Source: Polyangiaceae bacterium (GTDB lineage Bacteria > Myxococcota_A > Polyangia > Polyangiales > Polyangiaceae). Taken from it: 64,000 bases of DNA. A model generated the notes under the pieces. It saw only the letters and a program-made list of their open reading frames with translations. It did no database searches and was not told the origin of the DNA. Where the stretch lies: assembly GCA_044376115.1 (NCBI GenBank), contig JBILLK010000021.1, forward strand, positions 32,001 through 96,000, read 5' to 3'. The translations under genes were made by a program, and so were the position numbers. Numbering within the stretch: the first letter of the stretch is position 1; each line of letters starts with the position of its first letter. Below, one piece after another: positions 19,400-30,960 of this stretch.

Positions 19400-19522
19400 G
19401 AATAGCTATTCCCTCAGCCCCGCTGCAGCGCTCACAAATCGACATCGATCAATCGCTTTGCGGCCGCGCGCGGCACTTCTCCAGCCTTTACGGCCTGAAT
19501 GAAGCGCTCCATGCTGCGCGCG

Positions 19523-21406
19523 ATGAACGGCTTTCGGCCTTGGTTGAGCGGCTTGTTGATGCTGGCGGTTAGCGGTCTGATTGCGGCCTGTCAGGAGGAG
19601 TTGGTTGCTCCGGTGGGCGGTTCGCTCGAGGACCGGCTAGCGGCGCTGGGAGCCACGCCCTGCCCGGAGGACGAGAGCTTCAGCTGCGCCTTCGTTGAAG
19701 TGCCGCTCAATCACGGAGAGCCCGACGGCACGACGCTCTCGCTGGCGATCGCCGTGCGGCCGGCCGATGGGCCTTCGGAGGGCGTGCTGGTGCTGATCGA
19801 TGGTGGGCCGGGTTACGCCGGGATCGACGGCACCGACGACCTGAGCGAGCTTTCGCCCGAGTTCGCTGCGCGCTTCGATCTTTTGTACTTCGATCTGCGC
19901 GGGGTGAGTCGTTCGGCGGGCATCGATTGTGTGGCGGCCTCCAACGCTTTTTACGCTGAGGGCTTTCGTGTGACCACGCCGGCGGAACGCGCCGAGGCCG
20001 CAAAGCGCGGGCGCGACTTCAGCGCCGATTGCCCCGGCGAGACCGGCTGGTCGCTTTCAGAGCTCGCGCTGCTCAATACGGCGCAAGCAGCGGAAGACCT
20101 CGAGGCTGTGCGCGTGGCCTTGGGCGCACCGCCGATCACCGTGTACGGCCTCTCCTACGGCACCCAGCTCGCACAGACCTACGTCAGCGCGCATCCGCAG
20201 GCGGTGCGCGCTGTCGCGCTCGACGGTGCTCTCGATCTGACGCGGCCGATGCTCGACTACGACCTCGGCGTGGTGCAGGCCGTGAACGACAACCTCGCGC
20301 GCGTGTTCGCCTGGTGTGCCAAGGATGCGGCTTGTAGCCAGGACCTCCCCGACGCTGGCGCTGCCTACGACAAGCTGCGCAACCAACTTGCGCAAGGGCC
20401 GGTGAGCATCGCCTTCCCCTTGCCCGACGGCAGCTCGCGAGAGCGCGCGTTCAAGAGCGTAAACCTCGATCATTTTTCGAGCGTGGCGATGGACGATGAG
20501 CTCGGTCGGGCGGCCTTCTTGCGCGCGCTCGCGTCCGCCGCCCAAGGACAATGGGTACCGCTGCGACAGCTCGTCGATTGGTACGAAGGGATCGACCCGG
20601 CGACCGATCAAGTCGCCGACGACGGCTTCAGCGACGCGATCTATTACACCTTCACCTGCAACGACTACGGCCTAATCGACGAGCAAAGCTATCTCGATCA
20701 ATGCGCCGAAAAGACCGAGGGCCAACGTTCGACCGACGGCTGTTACGGTGATCTGCCGTGCGCCAGCTGGCCCACCGCCGCCAAGCAGGTGCCGCGGCCA
20801 GCGCCGTTTGCACCCGAGGGCATCCCGGTGCTCGTCATCAACGCCGACGCCGACGTAGCGACGCCGGTGGAGCAAGGCCGCAGCCTGGTGAGCGGCCTCA
20901 AGGCGCGCGGCTTCGACGCGTTCGAGCTCGCGGTGGCCGGCGGTCATCACGTGATGTGGGGCAGCGACGAATGCGTCAATGTCGCGGTCAGCGACTACTT
21001 GCTGGACCCCGCGAGCCTCAGCGCCGACGTCGCCTGCGACCCGGGCCTCGTCGCCGAGTATCTGCCGCTGACCTCGAGCGATCCGGCCGACTATGCGGTA
21101 GCCGACGACTTCGTCGGCGCGCTCGTGCTCGATCTTTACGCCCTGCCTGATTTCCCGTTCGAAGGAGTTTGGAGCTGCAACCAGGGAGGCGGGGTGATCG
21201 CTGAGTTCGACGGGACGCTCGCGCTCGAGCGTTGCAGCTTCGTCGATCAAGTGTTCGTCGACGGCACGGGTAGCTACGACGCCGAGTTGGACCAACTCGA
21301 GCTGGTGCTGACGGTGAGCGGCGCCCACAACGGCGAGCTCGTTTACCTGCGTGGGCCGGAGCAAGAAACGCTTTCCGGGACCTGGGACGGCGTGCCGCTG
21401 CGCTGA
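19523..21406 (+). CDS. secreted alpha/beta-hydrolase (TAP-like tripeptidyl peptidase family) lipoprotein
   Basis: IAAC lipobox, GGPG, DLRGVSRS, GLSYGT, DVATP, GGHH. Confidence 0.85.
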   Translation: MNGFRPWLSGLLMLAVSGLIAACQEELVAPVGGSLEDRLAALGATPCPEDESFSCAFVEVPLNHGEPDGTTLSLAIAVRPADGPSEGVLVLIDGGPGYAGIDGTDDLSELSPEFAARFDLLYFDLRGVSRSAGIDCVAASNAFYAEGFRVTTPAERAEAAKRGRDFSADCPGETGWSLSELALLNTAQAAEDLEAVRVALGAPPITVYGLSYGTQLAQTYVSAHPQAVRAVALDGALDLTRPMLDYDLGVVQAVNDNLARVFAWCAKDAACSQDLPDAGAAYDKLRNQLAQGPVSIAFPLPDGSSRERAFKSVNLDHFSSVAMDDELGRAAFLRALASAAQGQWVPLRQLVDWYEGIDPATDQVADDGFSDAIYYTFTCNDYGLIDEQSYLDQCAEKTEGQRSTDGCYGDLPCASWPTAAKQVPRPAPFAPEGIPVLVINADADVATPVEQGRSLVSGLKARGFDAFELAVAGGHHVMWGSDECVNVAVSDYLLDPASLSADVACDPGLVAEYLPLTSSDPADYAVADDFVGALVLDLYALPDFPFEGVWSCNQGGGVIAEFDGTLALERCSFVDQVFVDGTGSYDAELDQLELVLTVSGAHNGELVYLRGPEQETLSGTWDGVPLR

Positions 21407-21496
21407 GCGCAGTTGTCGCTCCCAGCCGCTGGCGAATGGTCTAGCCTGCTGCGCCAAGCCGCGCTCTCGCGGCACAGCTCCGTGGAGGATCTTCTC

Positions 21497-22744
21497 ATGA
21501 ACGCGTCGAACGAAAGCCTTCGAGTAAACGGTAAGCGGCTCTGGGATTCGTTGATGGAGCTCGCTCAGATCGGCGGCACCCAGAAGGGCGGCGTGTGCAG
21601 GCTGGCCCTCACCGATCTCGACAAGCAAGGCCGTGACCTGGTGGTGGGCTGGGCCAAAGAGGCCGGCATGACCATCACCACCGACAAGATCGGCAACGTG
21701 TTCATGCGCCGCAAAGGCAAGAACGATGCGCTCCCGCCGATCATGTGCGGCAGTCATATCGATACGCAGCCCACCGGCGGTAAGTTCGACGGCAATTACG
21801 GTGTGCTCGCCGGCCTGGAGGTCGTGCGTACGCTCAATGACCACAAGATCGAGACCGACGCTCCGCTCGAGGTCGCCTTTTGGACCAACGAAGAGGGCTC
21901 GCGCTTCGTGCCGGTGATGATGGGCTCCGGCGTATTTGCCGGCGCCTTCAGCCTGGAGACGGCCTACGCGGCGAAGGACGTCGCCGGCAAGACGGTCAAA
22001 GATGAGCTCGATCGCATCGGCTACATCGGAGACGAGGAGCCCGGCAAACACCCGATGGGCGCTTACTTCGAGGCCCATATCGAGCAAGGGCCTGTGCTGG
22101 AAGACGCTGGCATCACCATCGGCGTTGTCACCGGCGTGCTCGGGCTACGTTGGTATGACTGCGTGGTGACCGGGATGGAGGCACACGCGGGCCCCACGCC
22201 GATGGCGCTACGCAAAGACGCTCTGCAGATCGCCACCAAGATCATGCAAGAGACGGTGGCCATCGCGCTGCGTTATCCGCCCTACGGCCGCGGCACTGTC
22301 GGCATGGTGCAGGTCTTCCCGAACAGCCGCAACGTGATCCCCGGCCAGGTGAAGTTCTCGATCGATCTGCGCAACGTTGACAGCGAGCGGCTCGACGCGA
22401 TGGACGCCGAGATCCGCAGCTTCATCGAGCGGACGTCGAAGGAGTCGGGCCTTCCGATCAGCATCGAGCAGGTCTCCTACTTTCCGCCCTGCCCGTTCGA
22501 GCAAGGCTGCGTCGAGGCGGTGGGCAAAGGCGCTAAGACGCTCGGTTACTCGTCGATGGATACGGTCAGCGGCGCCGGCCACGACGCTGTGTACATGGCG
22601 CGGCTCGCTCCGGCCGGGATGATCTTCGTGCCGTGCAAAGATGGGATCAGCCACAACGAGATCGAGGACGCCAAGCCCGAGCACCTCGAGGCGGGCTGCA
22701 ACGTGCTTTTGCACGCGATGTTGGACCGCGCGACAGCGCGCTGA
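21497..22744 (+). CDS. Zn-dependent amidohydrolase (N-carbamoyl-L-amino acid hydrolase / beta-ureidopropionase, M20 family)
   Basis: GSHIDTQPTGGKFDG, NEEGSRF, EAHIEQGP, HAGPTPM, SGAGHDA, ISHNEIE. Confidence 0.93.
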   Translation: MNASNESLRVNGKRLWDSLMELAQIGGTQKGGVCRLALTDLDKQGRDLVVGWAKEAGMTITTDKIGNVFMRRKGKNDALPPIMCGSHIDTQPTGGKFDGNYGVLAGLEVVRTLNDHKIETDAPLEVAFWTNEEGSRFVPVMMGSGVFAGAFSLETAYAAKDVAGKTVKDELDRIGYIGDEEPGKHPMGAYFEAHIEQGPVLEDAGITIGVVTGVLGLRWYDCVVTGMEAHAGPTPMALRKDALQIATKIMQETVAIALRYPPYGRGTVGMVQVFPNSRNVIPGQVKFSIDLRNVDSERLDAMDAEIRSFIERTSKESGLPISIEQVSYFPPCPFEQGCVEAVGKGAKTLGYSSMDTVSGAGHDAVYMARLAPAGMIFVPCKDGISHNEIEDAKPEHLEAGCNVLLHAMLDRATAR

Positions 22745-22788
22745 GCACGGTGTCGTCGGGGGAGCGCGCTCTCAGTCGGTGGAGCGCG

Positions 22789-23415
22789 CTACGGGGCGAA
22801 GTACTGCACCCCGACGAACTGCCTCTTTGCGTCGAAGCGCAACGTGGTGACCGAGCCGACGTCACACGGTGCGCGCGCAAACAGCCAAGCGGCGATATTC
22901 GAGACGGCGCCCGTGAGAAAATCCGGGCGCTCGAACGATACGCGGGTGTGCCAGACCGGGGATTGATGCGTGATCAGCGCAACGGCGTCCCCGGGGTTTT
23001 CACAACGCGCGAGCGCCGCTTGCACCACCTCACGCAGCCGCTTGACCAGATCGATCGGACGTTCGCTGAGCGCGCGCGAGTCTTTGTCGAAGTATTGGCG
23101 TGCGTAGGTAACCGGCGACAAGCGGCGCGGTAGGCCGTCGCGCCAGGAGCCGACCTCGATCAAGCGGGCGTCCACCTCCACCGGGACCTCCAAGCGATCG
23201 GCGATGATCGCCGCGGTTTGCCGCGTGCGGTCGAGCGGGCTGCACCAAAGGCCGAGGATGTTGCCGCCGGTTTGGCGCAGATACTCACCGGTGGTCTCGG
23301 CTTGGTTGATGCCCAGTTCACTCAACTGAAAGCCGGGCAAACGGCCGTAGGAGATGAGCCGAGGATTGTCGACCTCACCGTGACGCACGAGGTGGATGAG
23401 TCGTTCACCCGACAT
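22789..23415 (-). CDS. histidine phosphatase family protein
   Basis: LVRHGE, SPLDRTRQTA, ITH. Confidence 0.88.
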   Translation of the reverse strand: MSGERLIHLVRHGEVDNPRLISYGRLPGFQLSELGINQAETTGEYLRQTGGNILGLWCSPLDRTRQTAAIIADRLEVPVEVDARLIEVGSWRDGLPRRLSPVTYARQYFDKDSRALSERPIDLVKRLREVVQAALARCENPGDAVALITHQSPVWHTRVSFERPDFLTGAVSNIAAWLFARAPCDVGSVTTLRFDAKRQFVGVQYFAP

Positions 23416-23513
23416 TGGCACAAGCATCGGCCATCAGGGCTTCGGAAGCCAGGTGTAAGGTCGAGCCTTTTCGCGCGTTTTCCCAGCGACCATTCAAGGT
23501 TGAGGAGGCTCTC

Positions 23514-24287
23514 ATGTCTTGGCGCACAGCGCTCGGTGTTCTTGCTTTTGGAAGCGTCGCTGGATTGATGACTACGGGCTGCCCCAGTACGCAGGAAGGA
23601 GGCTGTCCGCCGGGGATGTTCTGGGACGCCAACTACAATCAGTGCGTTCAACAGACCGGTGGCGGTGGTTGCCCGCCGGGCACGATGTGGAACGGGCAAA
23701 CCTGTGCGGCCTCGCAGCCAGTGGGCTGCCCGGCTGGGCAAACGTGGAACGGCTCGGCCTGCGTTGCAGGCGGCGCGCAGTGCCCGCCCGGGACCACGCT
23801 GCAAAACAACATGTGCATGCCTTCCTTTGGAGGCGGCGGTGGCGTCGGGGGCGGAGGCTTCGGGGGTGGCGGTTGTCCGCCGGCCGCGCCGCTCGATCCG
23901 TCGATGGCGGGCGCCGCTACACAAGGGCTCGGCTTGCTTGCGCAACAGCAGGCGCCGGGCATGACGCCGGTGCAAGGAGCCGGCGTTGCAGGCAATTTCC
24001 AGCCGGGTCAATGCCTCGAGGTGCAGGTCACGCTGAACCCGGGCAAGTGCTACACCGCGGTGGGACAAGGCGCCGGCGTGAGCGAGGTCGAGCTGCAATT
24101 GGCGGCCAATCTCCCGGGTCCGCTGGCGCAACCGTTCGCCACCGACAACACCAGCGGGCCGACGGCGGTGCTCGGCGGGCAGCCCAACTGCTTCCGCGCG
24201 CCGGGCATCTTCCCGGTCCCGGCGAAGTTCGTCCTGCGCGCAGGAGCAGGCCAAGGAGCCGCAGCCGCGCAGCTCTACGAAAAGTAG
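23514..24287 (+). CDS. Cys/Gly-rich lipoprotein
   Basis: TTGC lipobox, four GCPPGxxWxGxxC-type repeats; GAGGAGG SD. Confidence 0.75.
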   Translation: MSWRTALGVLAFGSVAGLMTTGCPSTQEGGCPPGMFWDANYNQCVQQTGGGGCPPGTMWNGQTCAASQPVGCPAGQTWNGSACVAGGAQCPPGTTLQNNMCMPSFGGGGGVGGGGFGGGGCPPAAPLDPSMAGAATQGLGLLAQQQAPGMTPVQGAGVAGNFQPGQCLEVQVTLNPGKCYTAVGQGAGVSEVELQLAANLPGPLAQPFATDNTSGPTAVLGGQPNCFRAPGIFPVPAKFVLRAGAGQGAAAAQLYEK

Positions 24288-24341
24288 GCGGTCAACATTC
24301 CGCCGAAGGCGGATGCAGCAAACAAAGTGACTCGGTCCGAG

Positions 24342-25316
24342 TCACTTGGCGCGCCGCTTGGAGCTGGTTCGGCCTTTGGTCGGGGCAGCGCTGGGTGGCG
24401 CTTTTTTTGTGGGGGCGGGCGGGGCTGCAACACCGGACTTTTTAGCGCGCAAATAGGCGAGCGCCGCGTCGATGTGGGCGTCTCCGACGACGTGACCCAC
24501 TTTGCGCGCCTCCGCCTTGTGCGGCCACTTCACCTTCACCAGCGCTTTGACCAGCTCTTTGGCCTTGTCCCGCGTGGTGCCGTCCTTCGACGCGACCCCG
24601 ACGAAGATCGGCCGGGCATTGGCCGGCGGCTTCTTCAGGTTGCCCAGCGCCGACTTCGACCCGCCGGCGAACAGCGCGTAACCGTCCACCTCGAGCTTGT
24701 TGCGCAGCGCGAGCGAAGCCGAAAAATACGCCCCGTTCGAGAAGCCCATCACGAACACCTCGTCGAAGGCGCCGGACTTGGCCTCCACCAACTTGCGCGC
24801 CTCCGCCCACTCGGCGAGCACCGCCTCTTCGTGAGCTTCACGCACGTCGGGCCCCAGCGGCCAAGCGATCACCGAGGGCTTACGGTCCGGCCCGACGCCG
24901 TTGCGACCGCGCGGAAACAAGAGCGAGAAGCCGTGCTTCTTGGCGTACAGGATCATCCCCTGTTGCATCGTGTGCTCCCAGCCCTGCCCTTCCTCGATCA
25001 GCCCGTGCAGGAAGATCACCAGCGTGCGTTTTCCGCTGGGAGAAACGGCCTTTTCGGGAGCGAAGAAGCAAACGCCGTTCGCGAGCTTCTCGGTCTGCGC
25101 GGAGCAGAAGTCGTAGTTGGCCGCAGCGGGCGCGGGCGCGGTAACGGAGGGCGAAGGAGCGGCGGGCTCGGCCGCTGCGGCCGACGTTGCGGCGGAGGGC
25201 GTCACGGCAGCGGGCGTCAGGGCGGGCTCCGCGACCAGCTGCAAAGCCGGTAGCCCGAGCGCAAACGCAAGAATCAGCCAACGACGCACCCAGCGTTCAT
25301 AGGCCGCGCAGCGCAT
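24342..25316 (-). CDS. secreted alpha/beta-fold esterase
   Basis: IFLHG, GFSNG nucleophile elbow, D and GH; start uncertain. Confidence 0.7.
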   Translation of the reverse strand: MRCAAYERWVRRWLILAFALGLPALQLVAEPALTPAAVTPSAATSAAAAEPAAPSPSVTAPAPAAANYDFCSAQTEKLANGVCFFAPEKAVSPSGKRTLVIFLHGLIEEGQGWEHTMQQGMILYAKKHGFSLLFPRGRNGVGPDRKPSVIAWPLGPDVREAHEEAVLAEWAEARKLVEAKSGAFDEVFVMGFSNGAYFSASLALRNKLEVDGYALFAGGSKSALGNLKKPPANARPIFVGVASKDGTTRDKAKELVKALVKVKWPHKAEARKVGHVVGDAHIDAALAYLRAKKSGVAAPPAPTKKAPPSAAPTKGRTSSKRRAK

Positions 25317-25350
25317 GGCGTCCACCTTCCGGGACGAAGTCGGCCGCGGC

Positions 25351-25642
25351 CGGGAGCGCGACGCGCGACACATCGCGCCGTCTCGCCGTGACAGGCGAAG
25401 CAATGTCGCATTCGATGAGGGGCTGGCCGGCGGCGCGCGATGGCTTTGCAGATTTTCCGCGCAAATCCGCAAGCGCGGTCCATCCGGCGGGGCGGTCGGG
25501 AGCGCGATGCGCGACACATCGCCCCGTCTCACCGTGACACGCGCCGCAATGTCGCACTCCGCGCTGGGCTCGCCACCTGCGCGCGACACATCGCCCCGTC
25601 TCACCGTGACACGCGCCGCAATGTCGCACTCCGCGCTGGGCT
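25351..25642. repeat. three copies of a ~62-bp palindromic intergenic repeat
   Basis: identical copies at 25509-25570 and 25581-25642, diverged copy from 25363; internal inverted ends GCGACA..TGTCGC. Confidence 0.85.
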
Positions 25643-25651
25643 AGCGAAAAC

Positions 25652-26882
<1,231 letters not shown>

Positions 26883-26890
<8 letters not shown>

Positions 26891-27401
26891 GTCCGAGCAG
26901 CCCGCGCTGCTTCGCGACCAAGAGGCCGAGCACCAAGGCCAAGATCACCAGCAGCACGATCAGCGCCACGCCCATGATCATCGCCGTGGAACGGCCCGGG
27001 TTCGGCGCTCGGCGAAGCGCGGTTTCTTCATCTTCGTAGGCTTGCTCCTCGAAGCTGGGAGCTAGGAACTCGCGCGGACGGCGGGCCACCTTCATCGTCT
27101 TTGCGCGACGTGGATCCACCTTCGAAAGGTCCACGCGTTCATCGGGCAGGGCATCGGGCACTTGCCCCGACCCAACCTCCACCAGACCGCCTTCGACGCG
27201 GTCACTGCTCGGGCCTTTACCGCGCGGCGCGTGCGCCATCGGGATGGTCCCGCGGGGCAGCGGGGTGACAGGCGCGACGGGCTCGACCGGCGGCAGATCA
27301 CGAATGGTGTCACGCTCGATGCCCATGCGCTCGGTTTTACGTACCGAGGCGAGGTTGGCAGCGCGCGCCATCGGTTCGGTCTTGCGCGATTTATCGGCCA
27401 T
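26883..27401 (-). CDS. hypothetical protein with C-terminal TM anchor
   Basis: hydrophobic C-terminus; overlaps cyclase start. Confidence 0.6.
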
Positions 27402-27440
27402 TGCTTGTGCTCACTTCATCCCCGAGCGCCGTGCGCGCGA

Positions 27441-28769
27441 TCATCGCCAAAGCCTCGCATCCACCAAACGCAGTTCGCAGACTACCTGACCCAGGCGAAC
27501 CCGGTCACCGTGTCTCAACATACCGTACTTGGCGGCGCGGTCATTGAGCCAGGTGCCGCCCTTCGCCCCCTCGTCAAACAGCTCGACGATGCCGTTCGGG
27601 TGGACCAGCAGCCGAGCGTGTTTGCTCGAGACGCTGGGGTGCTCGAGACGCACCTCCACTCGCTCGCTGCGGCCGACGTGAAGTTCTCCGGCCCGCAACG
27701 GGAAAGACTTGGCCGAGGCACCTTCTTGCAGCCAGACCCAATAGGCAACGACGCCATCGTCGCGTTCGCCAAAAGGCGGAGGCGTGGCCTCGGTGCTCGG
27801 TCCCTCGAGCTCTCCTGCGCTCATCTTGTGCGTACCGCCCGCCATGGGTGGGCTGGGCAGCGGCTCGTTTGGCAGCGAGTTGCGCGCTATGCGCATGGCT
27901 TGCCCGAGCGCTCGGGCGAAGGCGGTCATGCTCTGGAAACGCGCCGTTCGCGACTTCGACATCGCCTGGAAAAGCACGTCCGAAACCTCCTCCGGGAGCT
28001 CCTCGCACAGCTCGCTCAGCCGGCGCGGCTGCTGATGCAGGTGCCATTGCTGAAAGTCGAAGCTGGTCGGCGAGGTCACCGCCGGGTCGAAAGGATGGCT
28101 GCGGGTCAACATCTCGAAGGCGATCTGCGCGAGCGAATAGACGTCGCTGGCCGGGGATAACGGTTGGCAGGCGATATGCTCCGGACTCATGTAACGCCCG
28201 GTGCCCAGCGTCAGGTGCTCGGCGGTGGGCGGCGTGCCGTACTTGGCGATCTTGGCCGCGCCGAGATCGAGCAACTTCGCGCGGACTTCCCCGCCTGAGA
28301 CCGCCACCAGAAAGACGTTGGCCGGCTTGAGATCGCGATGAATCATCTCCAGCTCGTGCATCGCTTGGGTGGCCTCTGCGAGCTGGATGGTCAAGGCGAT
28401 GGCCTGCTCGAACGGGATGGCGGCGCGCGCGAGCAACGCGGCCAAGGAGCGCCCACGCAAAAGCTCCATCACCAGGAACGGCCCCACCGCAGCGTCTTCA
28501 CCGGCGTGGTGGACCTTCACGAAGTTGGGATGGGAGATCTCCCAGAGCGCGCGGCCTTCGGTTCGGAAGCGAAGCCGAACGTCCTCGCGATCGCGATGCT
28601 CGGGCAGCAGCACCTTCAGCGCCAGCTCGGCTTGGAGCGTACGATGGGTGACGCGATAAACCTCCCCGACGCCCCCCCGAGCGATCAGCTGGCCGACCTC
28701 GTACTCCCCACCGATCAACGTGCCGACGGCACAGCTCGGTTGCGCTACGAGGTCAGCCTTGAGCGACAT
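27441..28769 (-). CDS. Ser/Thr protein kinase with C-terminal FHA domain
   Basis: ARGGVGEV, ALK, HRDLKPAN, DLG, SPE; FHA VGR..VSSKHA..GGTWLN. Confidence 0.92.
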   Translation of the reverse strand: MSLKADLVAQPSCAVGTLIGGEYEVGQLIARGGVGEVYRVTHRTLQAELALKVLLPEHRDREDVRLRFRTEGRALWEISHPNFVKVHHAGEDAAVGPFLVMELLRGRSLAALLARAAIPFEQAIALTIQLAEATQAMHELEMIHRDLKPANVFLVAVSGGEVRAKLLDLGAAKIAKYGTPPTAEHLTLGTGRYMSPEHIACQPLSPASDVYSLAQIAFEMLTRSHPFDPAVTSPTSFDFQQWHLHQQPRRLSELCEELPEEVSDVLFQAMSKSRTARFQSMTAFARALGQAMRIARNSLPNEPLPSPPMAGGTHKMSAGELEGPSTEATPPPFGERDDGVVAYWVWLQEGASAKSFPLRAGELHVGRSERVEVRLEHPSVSSKHARLLVHPNGIVELFDEGAKGGTWLNDRAAKYGMLRHGDRVRLGQVVCELRLVDARLWR

Positions 28770-28781
28770 GCGTCGAACGAC

Positions 28782-29309
28782 TCAGTCGAGCGACTCATCC
28801 TCGAGCAGCGAAAGCAGCTCTTCCGCGCGATCCCCTTCGATCCCGAGCGCGTCCGCCATTTGGTTGATGAGCTCGTTCTCCTCGTCCTTGATGTCGCTGT
28901 CGGCGAAGGCCACCGCGGCAGCGAGCGAGAAGGCCGCCTCGAGCAGCGCCGGATCCTCTTGCAAGATGGGCGCGATCGCCGCGAGACGCGCCTCGACGCC
29001 TTGCGAGACGGTGGCTTGGCAATCGGCAAAAAGCTTGTCGATGTAGGCCGTGCGCACGCCGTTGTCCGTCAGGCCGCGGACGGCGCCGCGCAACACTTCA
29101 CGCTCCGCCTCGGCGACGTCTCCGTCCACGCCGATCATCAGGAACATCGCCTCGAACAACGCTCGGAAACGACGCCCTGCGTCCGGGTCCGTGGCGAAAG
29201 GATCTTCCACCGCTGCAGCCGCATTGGTGAAGGCGACGCTTGCCGGCTGGCCAACTTCACGAAAGTGGTCCCGGATGCGCTCGAGGGTCTTGGGCTTCAG
29301 CTTGATCAT
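28782..29309 (-). CDS. TerB family protein
   Basis: VDGDVAEAERE and ADSDIKDEENELINQMADALGI. Confidence 0.8.
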   Translation of the reverse strand: MIKLKPKTLERIRDHFREVGQPASVAFTNAAAAVEDPFATDPDAGRRFRALFEAMFLMIGVDGDVAEAEREVLRGAVRGLTDNGVRTAYIDKLFADCQATVSQGVEARLAAIAPILQEDPALLEAAFSLAAAVAFADSDIKDEENELINQMADALGIEGDRAEELLSLLEDESLD

Positions 29310-29384
29310 GGGACGGCTACGGTAGCGAGGTCCCTCCTTCTGTCAACGAGGCTTTGTCTCTCGCCGCTGCTTCATTGGCCCTAC

Positions 29385-29417
29385 AAAACGAAAGCACGGA
29401 CCGAAACCGGCCCGTGC
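29385..29417 (-). terminator. Rho-independent terminator of icd
   Basis: minus strand GCACGGGCCG-GTTT-CGGTCCGTGC followed by TTTCGTTTT. Confidence 0.75.
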
Positions 29418-29442
29418 CTTTGTGCAGCTAGCCCCGCGCCTC

Positions 29443-30837
29443 TCAGCCCATGTGGGAGATGATGGCGTCAGCGAACTCGGAGCACTTCACTTCCTTGGCG
29501 CCGTCCATCAAACGGGCGAAGTCGTAGGTCACGGTGCCGGCGGCGATCGCCCCGTCCATGCCCTTGATCACGAGGTCTGCCGCCTCGTTCCAACCGAGGT
29601 GACGGAGCATCATCTCGCCGGAGAGGATGACCGAGCCGGGGTTGACCTTGTCCAGGTTGGCGTACTTGGGCGCGGTGCCGTGGGTCGCCTCGAAGATGGC
29701 GTGGCCGGTGACGTAGTTGATGTTGCCACCGGGAGCGATGCCGATGCCACCGACCTGGGCCGCCAAAGCGTCCGAGAGGTAGTCACCGTTCAGGTTCAAC
29801 GTGGCGATCACGTCGAACTCCTTGGGGCGCGTCAGCACCTGCTGCAGCGTGATGTCGGCGATGCTGTCGCGGATACGCAGCATCTTCTTCCACTTGCCAC
29901 CGCCGTGGGTCTCCCACAGCGCGAGGGCCTGGTTGACCTCCTCGATGAACTCCTTCTGAGCATCCGGGGGCGCCATGTCGAAGCCGGGCTCGATCTGCTT
30001 GGCGTTGTCTTCGGCCGAGAGGTCCGCGTTGGCTTCCTTGTTGCCGAGGATCCACGACTCACGCTCGGTCACCACCTGACCGCGGAACTCCGAGGCCGCG
30101 AGGTCATAGCCCCACGATTTGAAGGCGCCCTCGGTGAACTTCATGATGTTGCCCTTGTGCACGATGTTCACGCTCTTGCGGTTGAACTTGAGCGCGTACT
30201 GAATGGCCGCGCGCACGAGGCGCTGGGTGCCTTCACGGCTGACCGGCTTGATGCCGATGCCGCTGGTGTTGGGGAAGCGGATCTTCTTCACGCCCATCTC
30301 TTTTTCGAGGAAGGCGATCACCTTCTTGGCGTCAGCCGACTCGGCCTCCCACTCGATGCCTGCGTAAATGTCTTCGCAGTTTTCACGGAAGATCACCATG
30401 TCGACGCTGCCCGGATCCTTCACGGGGGAAGGCACGCCCTTGAACCAGCGCACCGGGCGCAGACAGACGTAAAGGTCCAACATTTGGCGCAGGGCCACGT
30501 TGAGTGAACGGATGCCTTTGCCGATCGGCGTGGTGAGCGGGCCTTTGATGCCGACGAGATACTGCTTGTAGGCGTCCACGGTGCCTTGCGGCAGCCAGTC
30601 ACCGAAGGTCTTGAACGCCTTTTCACCGGCGAAAACCTCGAACCACTCAATCTTCTTTTTGCCGGCAAACGCCTTCTCAACGGCTGCGTCGAGCACGCGA
30701 ACGCTCGCGCGCCAAATGTCCGGACCGGTGCCGTCACCCTCGATAAAGGGAACAATCGGGTTGTCCGGGACGGCGAGCACGCCGTCTTGGCTCATCGTGA
30801 TGGGTTGCCCAGCGCTCGGTTTCGGAAAATCTGCCAT
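29443..30837 (-). CDS. icd: NADP-dependent isocitrate dehydrogenase
   Basis: [57 protein letters not shown]. Confidence 0.96.
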   Translation of the reverse strand: MADFPKPSAGQPITMSQDGVLAVPDNPIVPFIEGDGTGPDIWRASVRVLDAAVEKAFAGKKKIEWFEVFAGEKAFKTFGDWLPQGTVDAYKQYLVGIKGPLTTPIGKGIRSLNVALRQMLDLYVCLRPVRWFKGVPSPVKDPGSVDMVIFRENCEDIYAGIEWEAESADAKKVIAFLEKEMGVKKIRFPNTSGIGIKPVSREGTQRLVRAAIQYALKFNRKSVNIVHKGNIMKFTEGAFKSWGYDLAASEFRGQVVTERESWILGNKEANADLSAEDNAKQIEPGFDMAPPDAQKEFIEEVNQALALWETHGGGKWKKMLRIRDSIADITLQQVLTRPKEFDVIATLNLNGDYLSDALAAQVGGIGIAPGGNINYVTGHAIFEATHGTAPKYANLDKVNPGSVILSGEMMLRHLGWNEAADLVIKGMDGAIAAGTVTYDFARLMDGAKEVKCSEFADAIISHMG

Positions 30838-30880
30838 GAGGGCGGGCATATCCGAACGCCTTGCGAGCCGCAACGACGGA

Positions 30881-30916
30881 GCGGTTCCCAGCGTCGTCCA
30901 AGACGCTGGGAACCGC
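30881..30916. other. perfect 15-bp inverted repeat in divergent icd/kinase intergenic region
   Basis: GCGGTTCCCAGCGTC-GTCCAA-GACGCTGGGAACCGC. Confidence 0.85.
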
Positions 30917-30960
30917 GCAGGCCGTTGTGCCACCCCCCAACTTTGCTAGCCTGAAAGGAG

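Noticed and set aside
25351..25642. CRISPR array
   Set aside because: The unit is ~62 bp, the spacers are irregular (10 bp and ~85 bp), there are only three copies, and no cas genes are present.
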